From the NCBI RefSeq assembly GCF_004010195.1, contig NC_057725.1, positions 30,165,871 through 30,229,870 on the forward strand: a DNA stretch of 64,000 nt, in the 5' to 3' direction. Position numbers and translations under genes: made by a program. The stretch comes from Chiloscyllium plagiosum. Taxonomy: Eukaryota. This document shows positions 25,900-39,149 of the stretch, one piece after another. How positions within the stretch are numbered: the stretch's first letter is position 1; each line of letters starts with the position of its first letter. The notes beneath the pieces were generated by a model. It saw only the letters and a program-made list of their open reading frames with translations. It was not told the origin of the DNA and made no database searches.

Positions 25900-26360
25900 G
25901 CATGACCAATAACTATCGGCACAATATAATGTTCCCAGCAGCAACTGCTACTACTACGTGGCTAGTCCTCAGCTATAAACTACCTGCACTCCTACGTAAT
26001 TCCCATTATATGGACGACATCTCGCACCTATTGGGTGTTCCCAGTGAGAACAAAAACTTGCGTCCATAAGTGACCCAAGTTATAATGACGACTTACACCA
26101 CAGATAGTCCCTCAACAACAAGAATAATTCATACCTTTTCAGTGTGCACAATGACACCAAGGGCAGGTAAAGGGCTCTCAATTGCACTTGCACCCGGACT
26201 CCTCCTTTGGGCATGCGTAGTGTGGGCTGCGAGTGTCCGCGTGATCCGGGGTGGGTTTTGGCGGGAGTTCCTGGGCTACGTTGTATCGCCTGTCGTGCGT
26301 TGGATGCAGTAATCTGGGGAGTGTGGACTCGAGAGCGGTGGTGTATCAAACAATAATGGT
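25900..26360 (+). promoter_or_regulatory. CpG-rich candidate promoter, probably of the 555-aa gene
   Basis: Local CpG enrichment; E2F motif TTTGGCGGGA (26257-26266); GCATGCG; ZNF143-like TTCCCA.. motifs at 25932 and ~26000. Confidence 0.5.
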
Positions 26361-29300
26361 AGGGAACAAGATAAGTTGTAGCAATAAAATGTTATTTTCT
26401 CCCGACTTGGGAGAAAATGCTTTGTAGACTTTCTGTAGTTAGCTATGTGCTGCTAAATTGATGGTCAGCCTGGATTCTCTTGCGATGCGAAGAACAGTTC
26501 TGCTGTTTACAAGATAAATCATTCGATTCGGAAGTTATAAACTAATCATTGTGATGTAATTCCCAGAGTAAATTGGCTAGAGTCTTTTTAACGTAAATTT
26601 GACTCTGTGTTTAAACAATAATGGTTTCGTGCACGACTGGTACGTACTTATTGTGTGTATATGCACGTCTTTATTAAAAATGCCAGTTGTGTTTGAGTTT
26701 CTACCTTTTTTGTGTGTTGGACGTTTGTGTTGTCCCATCAGTTCGTGAGATCATGGCGGACCTATGTCTCCCTGCTTTGCTTCCCGACTATTTAGATTGT
26801 TGTTGAGTAGGAGACCTATCATTCTGATGTATTTAAATTGTAAATTGATCCCTAGCATCAGCAACATTTAGAGTAGTAGAGAATTCCAGACTTCTTCTTC
26901 CCTTTGACTAAAGAAGTGTTTCTTGTCAACAACCCTGAAAAGCTTAGCTCAAATTTCAATGGTCCTTTGTTCTAGACCCCACCAGAGAAAATATTTTCTT
27001 GACATATCTTTTAAACCAGTGGGGTATTCCTTTCTGTATTGTGCACTTAATTTGTACACAGCAAGGTCAAATATTGTACTAAGAGGAATGCCAAACCTTT
27101 TTAGTTTTGGTTGAGAAATAAAAAAAAAGCCAAAGGACTCTGAGACCTCACCTGCTGTTCTCTGGAGAGTTGCATTTATGTCCATCAGCATGTGCAAACG
27201 TGGCTTTAGTTAACATCCTATTCAAAAGTGTAAAGTAGAAAGGTAGTTAGCTCAGTTGACCAGACAACTGGCTTTCAATGCGGATATGCCAATAGTGCAG
27301 GTTCAATTCCCACTGGCTGAGGTCATTATGAAGGTTTTGACTTTGCCTCTCGCCTGAGGCATGTTGACCTTCGGGTTAAATTAACCACCAATTGTCTGTC
27401 TCTAATGAGAGACTGGACTTATGATCCTCCAAAGTAGAGCTAACCACTGCTATTCAAAAAGAAGAATGAAAAAGATGTAATGAAAGTACGTGGAGGTAGG
27501 ATTAGAATAGGAAGTTCTAGTAGAAAAACTTGCAATGTCACTAGCTTAAATAGTTTATTTCTGATTTACATTGTAGCTGAAGAAAAATCACTTTGCTAAT
27601 TATTTCCCAATTTTTCATTCCATGTGCCACATATTTTCTTTGGCTCAGAATTACTGCCTCTGGAACACCCTCAGATGTCAGTCTGTGACCTCTTCCTGAA
27701 CTCAGTGTTGTACCTTGGTGATTACTCTATTGGACCAGTAATCCAGAGTTCTGAATTAATAATCAGTTAGATTGTGAGTTCACATAACTGTCACAATTTG
27801 AACAAAACTCATTCAGCTAAAGAGACCTTGAAACTGTTCGACTATTCTAAAAATCATTTGGATTTACTGCACTCTTACTGGATCTATAGTGACTCCAGAA
27901 AGGCTTTGTAGTGCAATGGTATTTTCCCTACCTCTGAGCCAGGAGGTCCTGGTTCACATCCCACCTTCTCCAGAGGTATATGAAGACCTGCAGCAAGAGT
28001 TATTGGCTCTGTAGTAGCCTTTGAAGTGGGACAACACATTCTTCAATCAGGTTTGTTTTAGGTTAACATTAAATGCTGGTCTTGTCAATAATGCCTCATC
28101 CCAAAGATCTTCCAAAAACATTGAGGAAAACCAGTTCTATCTCCACCAGCTCACTTCTGTCCTTCTCTTGCATTCTCCGTTGTAGTGAAATGAGGAGCTG
28201 AATTTTACCAAAAATGTATTAAATGTCATTTCAGCGAGTTTCATGGAGGACTTCCTTCTCTGAACTCCAGTGAGTTTTCTTACACAATTTGACACTGCTC
28301 ACCTTACTCTGTATGCACCATATCACTATGGCACCATGTTCACAGTGTTGTGAGCTCACCAGTGACAGAAATAGTCACCACTGTTGGAACCTTCCTTGAT
28401 TTCCAATATAATATTTGAAAGACTAGCTGTCCAGCAGATGCTTTTCCCAAGACATGTTATGAGAGGGAAATGGAAAAGGAATGCCTCTGAGAATAGATAG
28501 GTTACACAGGTGAAACCTCATTGCAAATGCAAATTCACATTTGTAAATGTCTTGTTATTTTACATCATCACCTGTCTGATTGACAGTTATTGTAACTGCA
28601 CTACGAGAATCAAACTATACAGGCTACATCCTTAGCACGGTATTGTGGTCAAATCCAGCCTAGAGGAATTGATTTCCCTTACACCCAAAGTAAAATAACA
28701 TTGTGTCTTATTCATGTTGAGTATCACATGCTGAAGAGCCTTGATAAGTGAAAATGTTTGCTTTTGCTATTGTTCAATTAAAGTTAAGAAAATAAACTAT
28801 AATTGCTTCTGGGAACAATCAGGGACCACTTGACCTTTCAGCAACAAAGTTACTGCACCATCTCATATCTATTGGAAATGAGTGTCAATGAAGTCCTGCC
28901 TGTCTTGTTGCACCTGATGCTCTAGCATTCTATTAAGCTCAAGGTAATAATTCTCTTGCTCAATATGCACATTTTCCTCCTTGGATGACTCTACCAACCC
29001 TCCATCTTCCCACAGTTGACTTCACAGCCTTTCTATGACAGCAATGAGACCTGATAGCCCTCCTTGATTTAAGCGAGCAGGCTTTCAGGAATAACCATGA
29101 TCCTCCCCCGAAATGAGTTGGATACACAGGCCCAGCTGAAGAGCTGACTAGATCCCTGACTGATCTCTGTGCAGCCCTCTGGATTATGTTCCATGGATTC
29201 CCAGCTGGTTGTAGTGGACTGGATCTGCAGGACTGACTGTGGTCCACTCCTTGGATAATAGTGATATGGAAGCCCTGACCCTGACTGCACCAACCAGCGG

Positions 29301-32300
29301 ACTGACAGTGAGATCAGATTCTGCCCTTCACTAACTGTGTTGGAACCACTTGACCGATGGCAGTGTCCCATGATTTGCCCAAGGACTGCTCTCTTACACG
29401 CTGGCCAAGCCATAAATTGTTCGGTGCATTTGTTGCTGGCACATACAGTAGGTGTGACATTGTAGCATGTTGCTGTACACGAACATGTTCATTTCTTTCA
29501 CTGACTGTTACTGATAACCATTGTAAGCAGCCTGGCTTTCTGTCTGTGCTAAATAACAAGGCAAGACAGATGCTGCGAACATCCAAGTAGTGAGTGAGAA
29601 CCAAGATATCAAGTAAAATGTCCTTAGGTACACTCTGCTCTGATGCATGAGATGGATATCTTTCCCTGTGACCAAAGTGACTTAGTAGCAGCATTAAAAT
29701 TCAAGATGTTCAAATGTACTGTTGGAAAATTGAGTCCCTTTATAGCTACATATTGATTTTGTAACACAAGATTTCATTAAGTTGCTGTTGAAAAACGTTT
29801 TTTTCAAATCTTCATATAAAAACAAAAGGAAAGGTCACGAGAAGCATCAGGATCACTGAGGTCATGTTGCTCCATTGAAATGATGCCCACAATTTACCAA
29901 GCGGCATTTGTATCCTACTTTTAGTACAGTTTTGAGAAAATAGGAAATTTTGATTTCAGATGAGAAAATGGTGAAGGTTGGCAAAGAGAAAACAGTTGAC
30001 CTGGCATCACGTGTAGCTGCCCATTGTCATTGGCTGAAAGACAGGTGAATGACACAGCATTCCCCCCACCCCACCCAAAATAAGGTTTATTAATAGGGGT
30101 AGGTGATATATAAGATAGAGAAGGAGCGCTCAGGTGAATGAACCATCACATTCTTGAAGAATATCACGAATTCCAGGGAAGAACAAAGTGTACCACCAAA
30201 GATGGAAAGATCACACCACTATTCCAAACAGTAAGGCTGCATCACCTCTGCTTCATCATTCTTTAGGATGGCTCCAGAATCATTAAAACGTTCTTCCCTG
30301 TCATAAGACATACAAATCTTTTCTTTGTCTGATTAAATAATATACTGTACCTAGACTGCTGCTCCTTAAACACAGCATATATTCTAAATGGGTCAGAGAT
30401 GTACCCTAATGTGGTGAAGCTGATACATGTTTGATTCCAACTACTTCTGGATGGAGTTGGGGTTGGGGGGCAGTGGTTGGTGTGTATTGTTCACTGTTGT
30501 CTAACTTGTCAGCCCAGAGGTGTATGCAAAAGCTGGAGTCAGAGCATCTGCTCGAAACGTAGACTCACCTGCTCCTCAAATGCTGCCTGACCGGCTGTGC
30601 TTTTCCAGCATGACACTCTTTGATTCTGGAGTCACCACGTGCCTACTCCAACTTTCAGGTTGGGAATTGTTGTTGTATAGTTTCTCTCTGGTACATGGGA
30701 GAATATAAAATTGTATATATATCAATCAAGATTTAGTATTAATGAGCAGTGAGTAGGAGGAAATTGGATCACATGAAGGTTGGAGAAGGTGAATAGATCT
30801 TTCATTATTCACTCATGAAATTCACTTTCGCCATTCAAATCTTGGATGGAAAATTGAGCTTAACACTCAACATCAGGGATCTCATCTTTCTGATCTTCCC
30901 GTGTTTTCTCAGCCATTCCCCGCTTCAATTTGGCTGGGAATATTCAGTCCTGTTTATTTGATATAAAGTCTTAATTTCCTTCCACCAATTGTTGCAGATG
31001 GCTCCAGTCTGCTTCCTCAGGCCACTCTCTCAGGCTGAATCACAGTTCATAATCTCAGTGATCAGTTTGACCCATGAGCTGAACTTCTGAACCTGCATTT
31101 TCTTCTGCACAAAGACATTTGTCTCCATCTAGATATCATCACCTGTTTCTGCTCATCAGTCATTTGGACACATGAAATGAATGAAAAGATTTGATTAATG
31201 CACTGCTTTTCAGACAGGCCTTTCAACCTAACTCTTCCCCCCCCCCGAAGTTTCAGCTTATCCTGCTGCTCATATACTTTCCTTACCAAATGCCTTTCAC
31301 CCATCGCTTTCAGATCTCACTGTTGTACATTGGCTCCAAACCTTCTAGTGCTTCATATTTAAAATTCTCGTCATTGTTTGCAAATCCCTTCATGACCTCA
31401 ATACTCCATAACCTTCTCCAGTCTTCACGTGATCTTGTCATCTCCTACTCACTGCTGGCGGTCTCCTTTATCCATAAAGGGATTCCTTGCATTCCAACTC
31501 CACCCGATGTGGAATCTCCTCTTTAAACCCCTCCACCTCTATCTCCCTCTTTGACTTAAGACTTTCCAAACATCTCACCTCTTTGATCAAACTTTTAGAC
31601 ATCCGACTGCTTCCTATCACTCAAAGTTAGTTTTTCCATACATTGGTAATGTCTGGAAATGTTTTTCCACAATATTCTATCATCTTACAGCATAGGAAGT
31701 CATTCAGCCCATCATATCTGTGACGGTTCCTAGCCAAAAGCTATCCAATAAACCTATTCCACCTTGCCCTTTTCATATAGCCCTGTAAATTTCTCCTTCA
31801 AGTATTTATCCAAGATCCTTTGAAAGTTTAATGCAACCTTCTTCCACTATCCATTCAATGTATTTCTAATCATAACTCATTAGCCAAACACAATGTAATG
31901 TAAATTCACACTATTACAGATTTCATTTTCTTTGATCAGAATATTTGATGACAAAGCTTTAAATTTGAAAATGCTTGAAGTGTACCAAAGGCAGAGAACC
32001 AGATGTCACACCACATCTAACCTTCATCACCCTATGTCAGGCAATGAAAATCCAATGTTCCCTAGGTTTTGAATGTATGAAAAATGTTTAATCATGGGAT
32101 GTGAACGTTGCTGGTAAGGCCACTATTTGTCACCAATCTGTTAAGCAGATTGAATATAATATGCCTTACGAGGCACACTTTGGGGGGTAACTATATTGTT
32201 GTAGGTCTGGAGTCACTAAAGGAATAGACCATTTAAGGGTTGTAGATTTTCATCCCTCAAGGATGTGATTACATTTGTGTTTTAATAACAATTTGGTAGT

Positions 32301-32959
32301 TACATGATTGCAGTTACTGAAACAAATGTTTCTTTTTGGAGACCCACTCGTTGAAAGACAACAAAAAGAGGGAAAAACTGACTTAACCTCATCCTTCCCA
32401 ATCTGCTGGTAGCAGATGCATGATGATATTGGTAAGAGTGATCACTCACTGCACAGTCCTTGTGGAGACAAATTCCTGCCTTTACATAGAGAATACCCTT
32501 CATCATGTTGTGTAGCACCATCACTGTGCTCAATGGGACACACTTTGAACAGATCTAGCAACTCAAGACTGGGCATTCATGAGGCACTGTGGACGATCAC
32601 CAACAGTAGAACTGTACTCCAGCACAATCTGCAACTTCAAACCCATGACTATTTCCATCTAGAAGGACAAGGACAGCAGTTACTCAGGAACACCAGCACC
32701 CTCAAGTTCCCCTCCAAGCTACTCACCATCATGACTTGGAAATATCTCGCTGTTCCTTCACTGTTGCTGGGTCACAATCCCAAATTCCTTCCTTAATGGC
32801 ATTGTCGATAAACCTATAGCACATGGACTGTAACGATGCAAGAAGGCAGCTCACCAACACTTCAAGGGCAACTAGGGACAGGCAATAAATGCTGGCCAGC
32901 CAACGACGCCCACATCCCAAAAAGAAATAAATGGGAAAAATCATGATTAACTGCTTAAT

Positions 32960-34858
32960 CATTATCGTTAAGGCAAGTGATCAACTCTGATTCAGTGGAG
33001 AGTGCAGGAGGACATACCAGGAGCAGCACTAGACATACTTAAAAATGTGATGTCAACCCAGTGAAGCTATCAAATAGGACTACTTGTGCACCATACAGCA
33101 TAAGCAGTAAATGTTAGACCGAAGTAAGCAATGTGCAATCAATGGATCAGATCTAAGCTCTGGAGTCCTGCCACATCCAGTTGTGAATGGTGGTTTTCAA
33201 TTTTAAAAACTCATTGAAAGAGGAGGCTCCACAAATATCCCCATCTCAATGATCGAAGAGCTCAATACATCAATGCAAATGATAAGGCTGAAGTATTCGC
33301 AGCAATTTTCAACCAGAAGTGCTAGTTGGCATCCTCCAGCAGTGCCCAAAACTACAGATGCCAGTCTTCAGCAAATTCAGTTCACTCTTTGTGATATCAA
33401 GAAATGGTTGGAAGCACTGGATACTGCAAAGGCTATGGGCCCTGACAACATTCCGGCAATAGTACTGAAGAGTTGTGCTTCAGAGCTTGCCACTTCCCTC
33501 GCCAAGCTCTTCCAGTACAATTACAACTCTAGTATCTATCCAGCAATGTGGAAAATTGCCCTAGAGGTTTGCTCTTGATCATCAGTAAAGTGATGGAAAA
33601 TACAATTAACGTTGCTATCAAGTAGCTCTGTCATGCCCAGTTTGGGTTCCACCAGGGCTACTCAGTTCCTGACCTCAATACTGCCTTGGTTAAAACATGA
33701 ACAAATGAATTCGAGAGGTGAGGTGAGAGTGACAGCCCTTGACATTAAAACTACTTTCAACCAAATATGGCATCAAGGAGCCCTAGTAAAACTGGCATTA
33801 ATGGGCATTAGTATGCAAACTCTCTACTGGTTGGAGTCATACCTGGCACATAGGAAGATGTTGTGGTTGTTGGAGGTCAATCATCTCAGCTCCAGAACAT
33901 CTCTGCAGGACTTCTTCAGGATAGTGTCCTCAGTCCAACCATCCTTAACTGCTTTATCAATGACCTTCCCTCTACTTTAAGGTCAGAAATGGGTATGTTC
34001 ACCAATGATTGCGCAATGTTCAGAACCATTCGCAACTCATATTGAGACAGTCTATGCCCAATTGCAACAAGATCTAGATGTTATCCAGGGTTCAGCTGAC
34101 AAGTGGCAAGTAAAATTTGTGCCACCCAAATGCCAGGCTATGACCATCACAAATAAGTGACAATCTAATCAGTGCCCCTTGACATTCAATGGTGTTACAA
34201 TCATTGAATTCCCTCACTCTCAACATCCTGGCAGTTACTATTGACCAGAAACTCACTGGGCATGCTACATAAACACAGTGGCTACAAGAACAAGTAAGAA
34301 GTGAGGAATACTGTGATAAGTATCTCACCTCCTGTCTCCCCAAAGCTTGTCCACAAGGCACAAGTTAGTGTGATGGAATACTCCCCACTTGTCTGGATGG
34401 GTGTGGCTCTAACAACACTTAAGAAGTTTGACACCACCCAGGACAAAGCAGCCCACTTGACTGGAACCACATTCTCCACCACCTATTCAGTACCAGCAGT
34501 GTGTACTATCTCCAAGATACTCTGCAGAAATTCACCAAAGATCCTTAGACACTTTCTTCCAAACCCAAAACCACTTCCACCCAGAAGGATAAGCACAGCA
34601 GATACATGGGAAGACCACCACAGCAAATTTCTCGCTAAGCTACACACCATTCTGACTTGGAAATATATTACCATTCCTTCACTGTTGATGGGTCAATGTC
34701 CTGAAATTCCCTCCCTAACAGTATTGTGGGTCAAACTACAGCATGTGGACTGCAGCAGCTCAAGAAAGCAACTCATCAGTATCAAGGGCAACTAGGGACT
34801 GGTAATAAATGCTGGTCAGCTAGGGACAGCCATGTCTCTCAAGTGAATAAAAAAAAAC
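32960..34858 (+). mobile_element. Degraded CR1/L2-group LINE ORF2 (RT) and 3' end
   Basis: KAMGPDNIPAIVLK..ELA..LAKLFQ; ALDIKTTF..WHQG; QDSVLSPTILNCFINDLP; A-rich tail. Confidence 0.85.
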
Positions 34859-35325
34859 TAAGTAACTGAACTTACATTGAAACTGGTGGAAAGTGAACTT
34901 TTCTCTCTCAGTCATTAGTTGAGTGAAAGAACCAATTTATTTTTCTAGGAATGATAATATTAATTTGTTTGATTTTCATCAAAAAGTCAACCGTGGTGCA
35001 GTGGGTAGCCCTGTTTTGTCTGAGTTAGAAGGTTGTAGAATTAAAAGTCCCACTTTAAAAACGTCAGATAATCTACTGTAATTCTGAGGGAGTACAGCAC
35101 TGTTAGAGGAGTTTCCCCTGATGTCCTGGCCCAATAGTTATTCCTCAACCTACACTTCTAAAATAGATTATCTGATCAATTGCTGTGTAATAATTGACTG
35201 TTGCATTTCATTCAGTACAACAGTGCTGATGCTTCAGAAGTACTTTGTTGTCTCTAAGGTGCTTTGAGACTTTCTGAGGTCATAAAAAAAAACTCAATAG
35301 AAAAGTCTGTTCATTTTCCAGCAAT

Positions 35326-35421
35326 ATGAATCCAAGACATTCGAAGAAAAAGCGAAAAGCTAGTTGCACTTCCCTTGTAGCATCTTTATCATGGATTAAG
35401 GAGGAAGCTCAGGAAGACTTG
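35326..35421 (+). CDS. First coding exon of 555-aa phoenix-like protein (MNPRHSKKKRKASCTSLVASLSWIKEEAQEDL)
   Basis: Acceptor ttttccag ends 35321; ATG 35326; GTGAGT donor at 35422; phase 0, joins in frame to 36200. Confidence 0.75.
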
Positions 35422-36199
35422 GTGAGTTATCTTTCATTTCCTTGAATATTTAGAAATATGTATGAATGACTGATAATTATTGTGATACAGCAGGTTGTTT
35501 CTGAAAGAGGGAACCTCCAGCTATCAGCAGATGATAATCCTTAATGATAAATGTTGAGGAATTGTAAAAATATAGTGGCCCAGATTTTGCAGTTGCAATG
35601 ACAGAGAAACTGCCAGTATTTGACATCATTACTCTGAGAAACTGACACACTCACATACTCAATCAAACACAGAGATCTAAAGTTTACTGTTAGTGATTCC
35701 TGGTTTCTTCATAGGATGTTTTGTGATGTATTTCTAAAGTAGGGATCAGGATCCCAAGTCAGAGATTGAGAGTTGCAAGGTAGCAATGGCCACCAATGAG
35801 TTTTCCAACCATTTATCCCACTCACACAGGATTCCCTCCCATCCCCACACACCACTCTCAGTTTTCACCAAGGGATTGTGACAACTTTCAAGCCTCTAAA
35901 TTGGAACACAGTTGGGTAAACATATGGAAACACTTGTTACTGTTAAGGTCTTCGCAGATGCAAATCATGAAAAGTCACAGAATTAATGAAAGTCCTTTAA
36001 TTTCATCAACAATAATTTCTGGGATGTACCAGTCACAAAGGATAAAAATCTGGTGTGGAAAACAGACATTGTGGAATTACATGTTTATATGCATGTGGTA
36101 CAGAGTTGAAGATATATGAAGTTATTACCTATGTCTTGCTAACTTCTGTCTAGCCAACAGTGCAATACTTGAACCTATGATCTTTGATCTCTTTCACAG

Positions 36200-37771
36200 G
36201 GGCTACATTTTGAATCATTGAAACAAATTCCGAATGAGGTGTCTGAGCATGTAAAACTGTTGGACGCTGAGGAGGTTGACTTGGACCAAAGCAACATGAT
36301 GAATACAAAATCTAATAATTGCAAAAGAAGCAGAAACTTAAAGAAGATTCAAATTATATCCCCCAATGAGAAGAAGGAACAATTTGAGAGGGCTGTGATT
36401 CATCTAACTGAAGGGGTCACTGAAGACAACAGAGAAAGCTCACCAAAGAAGAAGCACAAGAAAAACAAGAAGAGTAAGGAAAAATCTAAAAGCAAAGAGA
36501 AGTGCAGCCAAAAGAAAGAACTGCAAAAACTAGAAAAACTTTGGCAGCAGTGGACTCCGAAGCCTCTCCCTGAATCCACTGCATCAGCTAAAGTGAAAAA
36601 GAAAAAATGCCATCTGAAGGATTGCACTTCAGTCAGAGTTAGTGATGCAAATCATCTAGGAATGAAGCACAAGGAACAGAAGGAGAAAGACAAAGCCACT
36701 GAAGCAGTTAATGATCTTCAGGTTAAAAATAAAATGACCTGTAAGTACTTGTGCCTCCCAGCTTCTCAGGAAAATGTTTGCAGCTCAGTAGATGATAAAG
36801 AAGAGCAGCAGGATGAAGGAACTCATAGACACTGGGAAGAAGCTTCATGTATCAAAATGATAGCCCAGGAGACTTCGAGAAAGGGAGGATTACCTGGCAG
36901 CCTTCATTATGGAAGTCGTAACCCTTTTCGTTTATCCTGTGCCAACACTTCCACACCAACAGTACCTCTTGATGCGTCATTGCTCACACATCTTAGGTGC
37001 TTAAAGTCATCTCCTAGCAATCCAACTAGAGTCCATGAAAATAGCGAACCTATTTGCCTGAAGACCAGTAAGGATGACCAGGTGATGAAAACAAGTCCTG
37101 AGTTGATTGAGGATTTTGGCAATAGCCAAGACCTCTTTATTACACAAAAGAAATTCCTACCCTTTGTGCAATCTAACAGTAACAGCAGTTATTCAGTGGA
37201 AGAGATGGCAAGCGAAGAATGTGCCAAGCAGCTGAGGTCTCTGGATGGAAGGCAGTTGCGATTCTGCTCCCCTCCACACACAAAGGTGATTGATTTATGT
37301 TGCTCCGGATTGAAGTCACCCAAAAGCAGATCAGCTGAGAAAGGAACACAAACAGATGACTTCTTCAGCTCACCAGCATTTGCTACTTCTGTTTTATTCT
37401 GCCAAAAGCTGAAAAAGGAGCAGAGCTTTGAAGAGCCACTTGACCTTAGTCTTCCTTCCAGACTAAGAACCAAGAATAGCACTGATTTAAAAAACATACT
37501 TAATGCTTCATATATCCAAGAAAATAGCATCAATCCATCTTACCAACATATTGCATTGCCTCTTTCCTCACCTGAGGGCCAACATGCTTGTCAACTACTG
37601 AGATTCTTACCATATTCAGATGGTAAGAAACACAACAGAAGATACTATGATGGGAAATTTGTGCAAACTTTTCTGAACCAGTCTTACTTTTTTAAGGTCA
37701 AAGGGCAGGGAAAACCCAAAAACCCCCGGATGCCATTGCTTAAAAAAAATGGAAAAAAGCAAAGGAACTGA
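36200..37771 (+). CDS. Large terminal coding exon of a lysine/serine-rich predicted nuclear protein, phoenix-like
   Basis: Acceptor tctttcacAG (36198-36199); 523 sense codons plus stop; NLS-like K clusters, NSQDLFITQK, KGTQTDDFF, PLDLS, VQTFLNQSYFFKVKG; resembles recalled teleost phoenix blocks (identity unverified). Confidence 0.8.
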   Translation, partial: GLHFESLKQIPNEVSEHVKLLDAEEVDLDQSNMMNTKSNNCKRSRNLKKIQIISPNEKKEQFERAVIHLTEGVTEDNRESSPKKKHKKNKKSKEKSKSKEKCSQKKELQKLEKLWQQWTPKPLPESTASAKVKKKKCHLKDCTSVRVSDANHLGMKHKEQKEKDKATEAVNDLQVKNKMTCKYLCLPASQENVCSSVDDKEEQQDEGTHRHWEEASCIKMIAQETSRKGGLPGSLHYGSRNPFRLSCANTSTPTVPLDASLLTHLRCLKSSPSNPTRVHENSEPICLKTSKDDQVMKTSPELIEDFGNSQDLFITQKKFLPFVQSNSNSSYSVEEMASEECAKQLRSLDGRQLRFCSPPHTKVIDLCCSGLKSPKSRSAEKGTQTDDFFSSPAFATSVLFCQKLKKEQSFEEPLDLSLPSRLRTKNSTDLKNILNASYIQENSINPSYQHIALPLSSPEGQHACQLLRFLPYSDGKKHNRRYYDGKFVQTFLNQSYFFKVKGQGKPKNPRMPLLKKNGKKQRN

Positions 37772-39149
37772 AAAGTGATGTAATTGATCACAGCTCGAGT
37801 TCACAATGTCATGAATATTTGATCTGCTTTGTCACAAAGAAGATTAAAGTTTAAATTATGATGAAATATCATCAACCTGAAACATTAACTCTGTTTCTCT
37901 CCACAGATGGTGCCTGATCTGCTGCGGTTTCCAATCGTTTTTTGGTTTTTATTACAAATTTCCAGTATCTACAGTGGTTTAGTTTTTGTTAAAGTTTCTA
38001 TTATTCCTTTGAATCCAAACAGTCAGAATGGAGCAATGCATCTCTTGAAACTAATGGGGGATTTGTGTCACCTTTCAAGCTGGCCAGTCCCTCGGACAAT
38101 TCTTCTTTCACTGCAAGAAGCCCTGAGCTTATATGAAGTATTTTTCTATAGTGATTAATCCGACGGACATGCAGCTCAGTAGAGTACCAATTCATATTGG
38201 CAAAGAGTGTCAGAAGGCTGCAATGAGATTCACATGAAATAATTTGAAACAGTGAGACTCCATTTTATAATCATCAACTTAAGTTAAAAACAGCCTTTAA
38301 TTCACTTTCTGACACATTTTTGAAATGTTTGCAGAGAATATGGAGTTTATACAATTGAATGTTTCATATTTACTTCAATGTTCCAGTACTTTATTTTGTA
38401 TTTGCGAAAGCATACTGGATATTGTACTGATTGCCAGCCACAGTGAGATAGTGTGATGGAGTGATTGTGTCACAGGCAGTCAGATCTAGATGTTGTTGGG
38501 ATGTTACATAATAGTGCACGTGGTATTCCAATTGTACAATGGTTGGCTGATGTTCTTGTTTAAAGTTTAGTGAAAATGAACTGTGGTAGCTGTATTTTGT
38601 TTTCAACGAAGGAGAAACTTGGAATAGTGGCAGTATTCAGTGAGTAGTACGACACTACTGAGTCAGAAGGGCAAGGGTTCAAGCTCCACTACACAGATGT
38701 AAGTAAAAACCCATGCAGACATTCCAGAGGTACTACTGAAGGTATACTGACAGCTGAAGTCAACAGTTTGGAGGCTGCTGTTGTAATTAGAGTTATTTCT
38801 ATAGCATTTCTTAATATATTTAACTTTGCTTGAATGCTTTATTTTACTTTTAAAAAATCAAAGCATCTCCATCAATTATTCCTTTGTAGTGTGACTTGAA
38901 CTAACAACCTTCTGATTTCTTTGTGAGAACTCCATTCCATATACCACAGTATATGTAACAAACAAAATTTCAAAGCAACAGCAATTAAATTATTTAAAAT
39001 TACATTCAGCATCCGGCTTATTTCCTATTAATTAAAAATTGTTTCCAAATAGATGTCACATCTTTTAAGATTGTAACACAATTGCATGACACAGAACACT
39101 AAATTCATGCAAGTATATCTACAAAAGATCCAAGTTGATCAAATTTGAA

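Noticed and set aside
27243-27970. tRNA genes (27243-27320, 27900-27965)
   Set aside because: A/B boxes present but no clean cloverleaf; they look like tRNA-derived SINE heads
36218-36220. Predicted TTG start of the 517-aa ORF
   Set aside because: The frame extends to a splice acceptor at 36199; the real ATG is in the upstream exon
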